Assembly (NCBI GenBank): GCA_008632985.1
Contig: QPGO01000064.1
Span: forward strand, 310,001 to 374,000
Length of the DNA stretch: 64,000 nt
Reading direction: 5' to 3'
Source: Psammoneis japonica
Taxonomy: Eukaryota
The translations under genes and the position numbers were made by a program. Within the stretch, counting starts at the first letter, position 1. Every line of letters begins with the position of its first letter. Positions 1 to 10,209 of this stretch are shown piece by piece. The notes beneath the pieces were generated by a model. The model worked only from the letters and a program-made list of their open reading frames with translations, did no database searches and was not told the origin of the DNA.

Positions 1-1666
1 CCATGATCAACCTCAAATAGTATTTGCCTTGTTGTAGTTTAACTTCGCCCAGATGGACTAGCTGATATTGGTCGAGGCCACCCGTAAACGGTAACATAAC
101 AGTTGGCAAGCTGCCAAGGTCCAATCGAAGTTTCTTTCCCTCCTTCCGGGTAGCCAAACGAGCCGTGAAACGATACGTCCCGCATCCAAGTTGAACATTC
201 TTGTATTCCAACCACTCCCCCTTCACCGTCCAGCCAACATACCAACCACTGTTGTCCCTAAGCTTGCCCACATCCAATTCACGATCAGCGTAATGACCCC
301 CGAGGTTGGCGGGGGTGGTATCGTTAAAGGCATCAGCACCCTCCGCCTGGAACTTCAACGTTTCGGGAAATGGGTCGGCATGTTCCCGTACAATGTTGAT
401 GTACTGGGTTGGGTATTCCCAGTCCAAGCTACGGTAGAACCCAGCACTCTCGGCCATGTTTGTCCATCCCTCTAACATAATAAAACTTGCGTCCTTACCT
501 GCTTCTAGCGCCTTGGATAAGGTTGTCCCATTCCGCCTGGTCACTTCACGACACGCGGTTCCACAACCAGGGTCGTACTCTCCACCATTGCGAAAAGAGG
601 GTGTGACACAACCCCACCTGGCGTTGTTATAGTCGATATACGTGTAAATACTCGATGCATCATCATGGACGGGCCTGAACCAATCATGCGTTCCTACGGC
701 AAGGCTCGAATTAATGGTGGAGTCTTGTTCAAACCAATCATCTTGAAGGATCAAGGCGGGTTCCCTGCCATACCGCTTCAGGAACTCGGCAATTATGTAC
801 GCAAGCATTTCGGATGCATTACCCTGTTGGTTGGAGAAGAACCTATCACGCAAGTTCCAAAATGCTATAACAGGCTTTCCGTCAATAAGAAACCACATGT
901 CCTCGGGTAGCGTGTCGAACCAAATCATGATATTGAGATCCCAAAAATACCTCCAATTGTTGCGATTGGAGAGATCAAAGGGTGTTCCGCGCGGAAGGTC
1001 CTCTAGATGCTGCCTTGCCTTGTTGTAAACGCCCGTGTCATCCCACATACCAACCTTGAGAGCATGGCGGGCTTCAGCACGGTCCACTGCAGAGACAAAC
1101 TTTTCTAAATGACGAGGACACAAGTCGCCTTGGCCCTCCAGACCTGATGTAGCATTGTAGCATCCTCTGCCATGAAACAGAATTACATCGACTCTCGATA
1201 AGAGCAACTCGTCCACCAAATAATTCCAATATTCATCATCGTCGCGGTTGAGCGTTTTGTAAAGCGGCAGCTCATACCGACTATCCGGCCAGTCGCTTGC
1301 GTCCCTCCACGTATACGCTGTGATGGGTGCAATAATCGGTCCGTTGCTTTCGGGCCTCACCAAGATTGTGTCAGAAGCACGGACTTGCTCGTTGTCGCCA
1401 AAGCATGGGTTGCGTTCAATGTTCCCGCAGCCACAATTTCCAGGTTCGAATTTCTCAGGGTCGTCGGGACACAGGTCAACGCATGGGTCTTGCTCAGGAT
1501 TACCGCAGCCACACTCCCCGGGAAACGTCTTGTTGGGATCCTCAGGACACAAATCAATAACAGGTGCTACCGCAAGCGAATAAGAGTAATGAGAGGACGA
1601 TGCGGTGGGAACAACTGCGATTGCAAGAACGAGCAGCGGCAGTAAGCTCGGAGTTCTTGATCGCAT
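1..1666 (-). CDS. Secreted DUF5010-like (putative glycoside-hydrolase-like) protein with N-terminal DxCPxDPxKxxPGxCGCG repeats and C-terminal CBM6-like module; 3' end runs off the window
   Basis: Manual translation from ATG at 1666 stays open to base 2; it is absent from the ORF track because there is no stop in the window. Signal peptide MRSRTPSLLPLLVLAIAVVPTASS; repeats DLCPEDPNKTFPGECGCG and DLCPDDPEKFEPGNCGCG; core YWNYLVDELLLSRVDVILFHGRG...FWDLNIMIWFDTLP...GKPVIAFW; CBM6-like GWYVGWTVKGEWLEYKNV..GTYRFTARLA. No introns. Confidence 0.8.
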   Translation of the reverse strand, partial: MRSRTPSLLPLLVLAIAVVPTASSSHYSYSLAVAPVIDLCPEDPNKTFPGECGCGNPEQDPCVDLCPDDPEKFEPGNCGCGNIERNPCFGDNEQVRASDTILVRPESNGPIIAPITAYTWRDASDWPDSRYELPLYKTLNRDDDEYWNYLVDELLLSRVDVILFHGRGCYNATSGLEGQGDLCPRHLEKFVSAVDRAEARHALKVGMWDDTGVYNKARQHLEDLPRGTPFDLSNRNNWRYFWDLNIMIWFDTLPEDMWFLIDGKPVIAFWNLRDRFFSNQQGNASEMLAYIIAEFLKRYGREPALILQDDWFEQDSTINSSLAVGTHDWFRPVHDDASSIYTYIDYNNARWGCVTPSFRNGGEYDPGCGTACREVTRRNGTTLSKALEAGKDASFIMLEGWTNMAESAGFYRSLDWEYPTQYINIVREHADPFPETLKFQAEGADAFNDTTPANLGGHYADRELDVGKLRDNSGWYVGWTVKGEWLEYKNVQLGCGTYRFTARLATRKEGKKLRLDLGSLPTVMLPFTGGLDQYQLVHLGEVKLQQGKYYLRLIM

Positions 1667-1730
1667 CTTCTATCTTCTCATGGCAGTGCGGCAGTGCTGA
1701 ATCCCTATCTCGAGTCTCGGCTGTTTGCGA

Positions 1731-2029
1731 TACTACAAATTGCAAGACAATTGCGCGATTCACGTGCCCGAAGGTGGAATATCGTTGCCCGAAGCAACAT
1801 TCTCCCTTCGCGCAGATGTCAATTCTACGTATGATGTGGTATCAAAATTTTCATTTTGGTCCCAGTCATTTCATCAAATGACCTTGTGGTACTCTCCTAC
1901 GTGATCTACGAAAATCGGAGCTTCGGGCTGGCTGGTACATTTTCTACAGGCTCTACGTGCGCGAAGCTCGAATTTCAACAATCACCCTTCGGGCACGTGA
2001 ATCGCGCAATTGTCTTGCAATTCGTAGTA
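1731..2029. mobile_element. Putative MITE (~300 bp) with 44-bp terminal inverted repeats bounded by TA
   Basis: 1731-1774 TACTACAAATTGCAAGACAATTGCGCGATTCACGTGCCCGAAGG versus the reverse complement of 1986-2029 differs at 1 position; non-coding interior; TA at both outer ends as in Tc1/mariner target duplications. The right end abuts the assembly gap. Confidence 0.6.
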
Positions 2030-2216
2030 NNNNNNNNNNNNNNNNNNNNNNNNNNNNNNNNNNNNNNNNNNNNNNNNNNNNNNNNNNNNNNNNNNNNNNN
2101 NNNNNNNNNNNNNNNNNNNNNNNNNNNNNNNNNNNNNNNNNNNNNNNNNNNNNNNNNNNNNNNNNNNNNNNNNNNNNNNNNNNNNNNNNNNNNNNNNNNN
2201 NNNNNNNNNNNNNNNN
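2030..2216. other. Assembly gap (N run)
   Basis: Run of N characters. Confidence 1.
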
Positions 2217-5200
2217 CTCTCCATGGGAAATCGCCGGTTTTGCCAATGTCTGCCTCGCGCACCAGGTGCAGGTTTGTCTGCTGCTGCTGCAGCTGGAAAC
2301 CTTGCCATCCACCCAAGTTTCTGAAGGTTGACTGTGGGTGTTTTCCAACACATCACAAGATTGAGAGCCACCGCTGCAGCCACCACCACAGCCGCTGCCC
2401 TCTTGGGAGTTGTGTGCATGTGACAAGAAGGAAGCTGAGACAAGAAGAGAACAGCGCCGGCAGCCAAGCTCACAAAGAGGTGGTTGGCATGCCAGCCTGG
2501 AGGTCAGGCAAGTTCCAAATGTGCATTTTGAGTCTGAAGTTGATGCCGCCAGCACAAAACCACCATGCAGCTCCGTCCCACTGCACAGCACTTGTTGTGT
2601 GGGCTGCGATTGCCACTTTTCTTTCACTGCGCGCAGGTGTCAGCACAAAACAAACGCAATGGAAATGAGGTGTTTGCAGCCATCAGTGACAAACAACACA
2701 GTCACAACCATCACACCAGCATGGCAACATGAACATGATGCTTTCTCAATGACAACACCTTCAAGAAGCCCACAACAATCTGATGAAAGATGCGACACAA
2801 AGTCACACACAAAAATGTTCAAAGTTCCAGCGAAATGGGCTTGTTGGGGGGGGGGGGGGGCTGCGGCAACCAACAAGGAACAGTGTCACAAGACAACATT
2901 TTTTCTTTTCTTTTGATCAAAAATCAAAAACACTTTTCAAAGTGTGCTTTGGCACTGACTTGTGAGTGACATTGACACCTGTTTTGTTCCAAGTCAAAAA
3001 ATGCAGCAAGGGATTGTCAGTGCCAACATTGTCTTCATGCTGTCACAGCACAGTGTGCCATTGTGCTGACACAGATGCTTTGTGCATGTCTGAGCAATTG
3101 CTCAAACTTGCAGCAAGTTTGAGCAATTTGAGCAAGAAATGGTCATGCCAGTTTTTGAGCAATTGCTCAAACTTTTAATTGGAAAAGTCAAAAGACTGGA
3201 GCTCTCAGTCATGACCATCAAACATTGCTTGGTGTGGCATTGGCTCATTTCCATTGTCATTTTGTGCATGCAGCCAAGTGTTTGAGCAGCAGTTTTCCCA
3301 CATGGTGCTGAGGATGCACACGAGCATTTTTGGCAAAGCCACAGACAAGAGGATCTCCAGAGCTTGCTTGTCCAGTGCTCCAGCGGATCCATGTGTCATC
3401 ATCTGGGTGGGGCCGTGTGACTTTCTCCTCTTTCTTGCCAGCACATGTGTTGTTTGCTGTTGCTGGTTTGCGGGAGCTCTTTGGCTTGTTGCTTCTGACA
3501 CTCTGGTCAAGAGCAAAGCAGAAAGGAGTGCAAGACTGTTGCAAATGGCCCTCATCTTGTCTCACATTTTGAATTTTGTGAGATGTTTTTTTGGCCCAAG
3601 CTCAGACACAACAGTGTTTGTTCTGCTCAAGTGCAGAGAAAGTGGAAGAAGTCATGCTCTTGCTGAGAAGGTTTTGCCCGCCAAGTGTGCCTTGGAAGAA
3701 AAACAGAGAGCCAGCCAGCCAAGCCCCCCGGCAGAGTGCAGTGGCAACCATTTTGAGCTCACTCAGGGTCACTCATTGTTCTGCATGCTTGCAGCAGCAG
3801 TGGGTGCTCTCTTGTGTGGTGTGTGGTGTGTGGTGTGTGGTGGTGTGTGGTGTGTGCATGTGCAGGAGAAGCTGGAGCGCTGTTTCTCTTGGTTTTGGCC
3901 TTTTTGCACTGGCCAAACCACAAGGAGATTTGTTGCATGCCCAAAATGATGTGCTCATGTCAGACACATGCAGCCAGCATCAGACTGGCTGTGTGTCCAG
4001 CCATCAGCCATGCATCTCCAGTGCTTGTTGCCCTCCATGTCACATGAGAAAGCATGCAACCATGCTCTCCTGTGCTGACAACTGGCAAATGCCGGCAAAC
4101 AGCTTGTGACCCAGCTTGTCACCACAGCAGTGAAAGACACATGGTGCAAATGCATGTGCCGCACACACTGCATGACTTGTGCCCACTCTGCAAGCAGATG
4201 TGTGTTGACGCTGCTCTGCACCAGCTGCAAAAAGTGAGGCCAAAAGGTTGTGCACTCTTGCTCAAAATTTGTGCTGGCTGAGCCCACAGATTGTGAGGAT
4301 GGTTGGGATGAACCATCTGGGCAAGGATTTGGTTGGGACAAGCTTGATGCTGTGCTGTGGGGCACAAGAGACAAGAAAGTGTCAGATTTGCAAGAACTTT
4401 TAACATCATGTGGAGAGGATGCCAAATGCACTCACCCAGGAAAGTCAACTGAGAAAGCACAAAGCAAGGGCTTCCAAGGCAGTGAGTTGTGACACAAAAA
4501 CAACAACAAAGACCAGCTGGTGCTTCACAAATCTGATGGAGTTGCTGTCCTGGCTGAGCTCCATGTTCTGTTCCTGTCACAAGATGAAGACCATGACACA
4601 AACAACATGTGTGCACTCACTGGGTGCAATTGTGGTGCCATCCACAGTGGAAGTGAGCTGAGTGGTCATGGACTCACACACCATGGTCATGACAGAGCAC
4701 TTCAAAAGTCAGCAAAAAATCTGCTTGTTGGTGTGATGCACAAATGACCAAGTCCACATTGGGAGAAGTGGCATTTTTGTGTTTGTTCGTTCAGCACTGT
4801 GCTGGGTGCAAGTTCAAGACGAAACATTGTGCACTGTGAAACATGCAGCTTTCTGTGCATTGATGACATTTTGTGTGTTTTTGTCCAGCAGCCAACTCAA
4901 CACATGTGAGCAAACACATGAAATCATCTGAAATGCAACCTCAAGGAAAACCACAACAACTGGCCAAAATCAGGCAAGAATCTTGTTGCGCCCACTGGCC
5001 ACCCACCCTGCAGCAAGGAGCAGGGTCAAACACACAGTTTCAACACTTGCTGCACAGCAGTGGGTTCAAGGCCCAAGACAAGTTTCCACTCCACAGGGGC
5101 CAGCATGTGCAATGCACGTGGCTGCAGCACCCCCCCCCAACAACAAGCCTGAGTCACTGCGCAACAAAGCATGTGCAGTTGACCAAACAGCGACAGGGGT

Positions 5201-7875
5201 TTGGCTGATGCAGCAAACAACAGAGAGCTTGTTGGAGGGCTTCATGTCACAAATGTTTTTTTGGCATGGGACATCTTCCATGCTTCTTTTTTTCTTCCTC
5301 AGATTGTGCAGAGGGGCTCTTCACAGCACTTGTTTTGCATTTTGGTGGTGTGCTTGAGTGGTTTTCTGGTGCACAGCTCACCCTCATTGGTGACACCTCT
5401 GCTTTTGATGGCCTGAGTTGTGCAAAAACTTTCTTCAAGTTTTGGCATGATGGACACAAGAGAGCAACATTGTGCTCAGCATTGTGGGTTGGAGGGGTGA
5501 CAAGCAAGAAGCCCAGAGGCCAAAGAGCAAGAGGTGGCCAAATGATGAGAGGAAATGCAGATCAATGAGTGTGACAACATTTCAAGTTTGTGGCCACTTT
5601 GGCACTTCACTTTGAGGCTGATGACCTTCTCAATTGAGCACTGAGATGCTGTCAACACTTTCATTCATTGCCTTTGCCTCTGCATCTCAAATGGCCGCTG
5701 GTTGCCCCACCTGCTTGTGTCACACTTTGGCTCATGATGCTGCATCAATGTCAGTGTGCATTTGACTCAAGCCTTTTGCTCAGGTTGGCTGATCAGCCAA
5801 TCTTTGAAACAGCCTTCATCGCACAAAATGCACATGCAAGGTCAGCTCCCCTGATTTCTCTCTCTCACACATGCACAAATGAAGCCAGAGTGCTGCTCTT
5901 TTTGGGCATGTGCAAACTCTTTGCACCATGAAGAAACTCAACAGGGTCATTTTTTGAAAACAGCCTGGCAGATTCTTTGATGGAAGAGACAGAAAAATGG
6001 CAAAGCCAAGGGAAGCAAAATGCTGCTGTGCAAGCAGCTTTCTTGTCATTTTGCAACAAATTGTGTTCCTGAGACTTCTTTCTGTGGCATGCTCCAGTGC
6101 CAGGCATGCACACAAAAACAACTTTGTCAAACTCATGTGTCATCATCAGTGTGCTTGCGCAACCATCTCAAATGTCAGTGCCAAAAAAGTTGGTGTTTTG
6201 CAAAGACTGCAAAGGGCTACATTTAGAAGCAAGTGCCCAAAGCAGCGCCCAACAAAACAACAAACATGATTGTCACACTGGTTGGCAGGGCTGCTCTCAA
6301 CCTTGTTTTGTTGAGAGTGATGCGCTGTTCAAGAGCTCTCAAATTTTTGTTTTTAGCTTGCTGGCACCACATTTCTCTTTGCTCAGCTCAGCAACCACAG
6401 GCTTGTGCTTGCACCACAGCAACTTTCAAGAAAAAAGAGTTTCTGCACCCTCTTCTTGGGGCCACCATTCTTTCCACAGCCATTCTAAAATTGTTTGACA
6501 CAAAAGCAACATCCCACTGCACTGAGTGCCAACCAGTTGCACCCAAACTTGTTTGCTTGATTGTTTCTGTGTCTCACAGATCTCCACTTCAGTGATCTCA
6601 TGCACCCTTTGTGTGCAGCAGCTCTGTTTGGGCATGCTGAAGTGTGCCGCAGCTCACTGAGCTTGTTCTTTTTGTCAGTGCACATCACTCCACACACTTC
6701 ATGATGTGTCAACTGGTACCACTTCTGCAGCTGCAAAGTCCAGAGAAGTTGCCAAAAACAACCACACACTGCCATGGACTTGTGCAAAAATGCTTGGCAG
6801 TCAACACAGAAAGGACAAGGATAAAGAAAGAAGGAGGAGATGGCAGATGGCAGAACAAGACAAGAAGTCAAGAAGAAGGCACTGAGGAGCCCCAGCCAAG
6901 ACCTCCAGAAGAAAGAGCACCCAGCTGCCCTTTGAAAAGCTGTCATGGCACATTGCCTTCAGATGCTGACAGGACAAATCAATTGGTCAACGACTTGTCT
7001 GGGCTCTGCAAGAAATCAAAAACTTGGTGTGAAAATCTGTTCTCCTTTTAATTGTAAAGCAATGCTCAGCAGCTCCTTGCACACACAATCCCAGATGCAA
7101 AACAGAGCACACAACATGTGCAAAAACCAAACAAAAGGCACAAAATGGATGGAGGGTGTGCTCTTGCATTGCTTTGCCAAGGGAGAGACAAAGACACAGC
7201 ATCTCAGCAGTTTGTCTTGCACCTCAACAACTTCTGCCCAGAATTGTGCCCATTTGTTGGACTTGCACTCAGCAGAAAGAATTTGATTGGATTCAGTGCA
7301 ATGTAATGGATGAGGTCACTGCAGCTGCAACGTGGGATGAATGAAGCAAATGCAAACACAGTGACTCAATGTGTCATTGCCAAGTGCCTGCATTCTCATT
7401 TTTGTCATTGGTTTGTTGCTCTGGAAGCCACTGTTGGGGAACTGGGAAAAGATGTGCACATGAAGCAACAACTTGCGGCTCATGGTGTGAGACAAGCAAA
7501 AAAGGAAATCAAGCACTGGCACAAAGCAGCAGATGGGTTGCTCAAGCACAAGACAGGAGGCTTGATTGTCAATCCTGCCTTTGCACGGAGACTCAAGAAG
7601 GTTGGTTTGGTTGTTGGCGGTGATCATGGCCAAGACATCTTTCATAAAACCCATCAAGCCAGCCCCTTGTGAGTGCCATGGGGTGCCTGCAACAAGGCAA
7701 CTGATGTCATGCAATGGGTCACAAGGGAAAGCATGGGAAAATCAGGCAGCAGTGCCCATGACATGCAACAGAATGAAGACATGTCAAATTTCTTGGTCAT
7801 GTCAAAAAGCAGAAACCGAGCCGCAAGAGGCAGGGAACACTGACAGTGAGGGCCTTTCTGTTGACAAGTTTTGAG
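2217..7875. mobile_element. Hypermutated repeat/TE-derived tract A (TpA- and CpG-depleted, TpG/CpA-rich)
   Basis: Only about a dozen TA dinucleotides seen by eye in ~5.6 kb; CG rare in the core; dense spurious Cys/His-rich ORFs in all frames; coding relic ...KKVGLVVGGDHGQ near 7600. Confidence 0.7.
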
Positions 7876-8525
7876 GTTAGATTTGACGGATTGTAGATGG
7901 AGTCACTCAAAATCTAAACGAGTCGTGTGACAAGAATTCACGATCGGAAGATTGTGCTTGCTGTGGCTGGAACAATGGTCGGTCTTATCATTGTATACAA
8001 GTAGCAAGGTGAAATGCACCATAGACAAAATAGACAGTGGGAGAATCCAAGGAGGTTCAGACAGTTCCTGTTCGCCGCATCATCGTCTAGCTGCTTTCAG
8101 CAGCTTTCATAGAACCTATTGTCATTTATACTCCAGCAAACTACATTTTCGTTTTTTACATTAAAAATTCAACCATAGAGCTGATGTTGTCTTTTCTGCT
8201 GCGTATAATACGTCTAAAAAGAATACTCATGCAGTTGCAGGTTAATCAACTTGATGGACGAGTGGATAAGTTGTTCTTCTAGCTCGTTCGTCCGAACACT
8301 TTTTTGCCCGCGTTCGCTCCGGCTTTGAGTCATTCAAAAATAGTTCATGTCGCGTCATCCTCGTTGTTGCTTGTAGAATCTCTTTTGTGGATATCTTATC
8401 GTAAATTCGTGGTATACTCGTCGCCATACGAAATTCAACCACCAAATGAGGACGTGTCGAAACGTGTGACAATTTGGCGAACTAGAGGTAGGCACCTGGA
8501 GACTGCTGTTTAAACTCTCAACAAG

Positions 8526-9666
8526 TCAAACTGGTGGAACCATAGTTTGTGGCAAGCTGTGTATCATTTGCCTCACCTGACGTGTGGTAGTTTCTTCATC
8601 CTTCTCCGACTCTCCCATAGCCATGCTGGATAGTGTGAGCTGTTCTTGTTTGATGAGGTCGTCACGTTCCGTCCAATCTTCTTCGCCGTCGTGTTCTTCG
8701 TAGCGTCCGTGTTGTTGCGCCAGGCGTGGAGGTTCCGTCACCAAGTACGATTCATTGCGCTTTTGAGCATAGGCGTACACTTGGGTCAACCAACGGGAGA
8801 AAAAAATGCCTCCAATCGTCAAGGCTATGATTCGCCATGGCCGGGAAATGCTGTCGTATCGGAGAGTTGCAATCTCAGAACATCCCCAAATAGCTCCCAT
8901 GGCACCGCAAACTTCCAAAATAAATTTGGTACATACCACTTCTGTCCACGGAACAATGTCGTTGACAAGTCGTTGATACCATAGATGGCAACGCCTTCTT
9001 CGTGGACACAACAAACAATAGGAAAAGAGCTCCAAGAGCCATCGCGTGCCAAAGAGGACTCCCACGATCCAAGCCGTAACTTGCCAGGCGTAGGAGTTGT
9101 CACTATTTCTCAAAGCCAGGACTTCGGATGCCCCCCACACGGCACCTGCTGCTCCACACACTTGCAAGAGGGCCTTGGCTCCAAACTCTTCCACGCCAAG
9201 GTACCATTGCGATCGACGATCTCGCCGTTTCACGTATGGAAAATCCGGCCGTGTCGCCACACGTGCTTGGCGTGCCAATACAAGCGGATGGTAAACAGGA
9301 TGGCCATCAAAGCGCTGGCACTGCGAAAGCTTTTGGCATTATCAAAGTGACGTAGACCAATCACTTCACCAAACCCCCAAACAGCTCCGGCAGCTCCACA
9401 TACTTCGAGCACGAGTTTGGCAAGTAGGAATCGCACAAATAAGTCCACAGGGACATCCACGACGGGTGGCTTCTGCAGTTCTTGCTCTCGAAAGTCAATG
9501 ACAAACGATGAGCTTGTTGCGACGAAAGCGATGGTCGGTAGAATAAAGATCGACGACTAACATTAGTATCGTCGTCCCAGTCATCGAATACCCTCTCGAA
9601 ATCAGTGGCAGACAATCGGGCAGAGAGATGCCAAACACGTCGAGGAGGACGGGTTGCAGACGCCAT
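8526..9666 (-). CDS. Hypothetical membrane protein with three LxVCGAxGA[VI]WGxxE..LR repeats (two apparent frameshifts)
   Basis: Joining ORFs 9361-9666, 9230-9460 and 8526-9278 gives three copies: LEVCGAAGAVWGFGEVIGLR, LQVCGAAGAVWGASEVLALR and LEVCGAMGAIWGCSEIATLR, each followed by a hydrophobic helix. Confidence 0.7.
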
Positions 9667-10209
9667 GTTGCCTTTGCATGGATAACAACAATAATCGCAT
9701 CACTGATCACTGCATGCATGCAACATGCAACGACTGGTATGAATGATATGGCTCTGTTATGTTCTGTTTTCGAGTATTGATACTTGAGTTCAGAAACCGG
9801 CACGACTTCAACTTGTGACGTGTCAGGATGGGTACGTCAGAAATCGGTGCGGTCTTTCCATCCATACGTCACGGATGCGAATCAGGCAAACCTTTGGAGT
9901 TCAACTTGGGAATCCGTACTCAATTTTAGTAGAATCCTACGTAAAATCGATTAGGACTCTTCTCGCTCGTGTGGATGGTGGGAAAGGCGTTCACCTGTTC
10001 GTGCAACGAACACACACCTGCTGTTGCTAAAGCTTCATCAACCGTATCAGCAACAGAGTATCTTGAAGAGTCTGCAATCGGTATAAGCAACGACATTTGC
10101 AAAAAGTTGGTGGTGAAGGATTCGATAACGAAAAGTCGATCAAAGAGAATAGCCAATCACAAATCACGATAGATCCCATTCGAAAGAAAACCACGAGTCC
10201 AGGAAAAAG

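Noticed and set aside
1856..2668. ORFs spanning the N gap
   Set aside because: They are open only because Ns contain no stop codons.
3812..3856. (TGTGTGG)n run as a possible telomeric repeat
   Set aside because: Short, internal, inside a TG-enriched tract and not TTAGGG-like; a simple microsatellite.
2217..7875. Dozens of overlapping Cys/His-rich ORFs here and in tracts B-E that look like metal-binding peptides
   Set aside because: Artefact of TpA loss: TAA/TAG stops and Tyr codons are removed and TGY/CAY codons inflated in all six frames.
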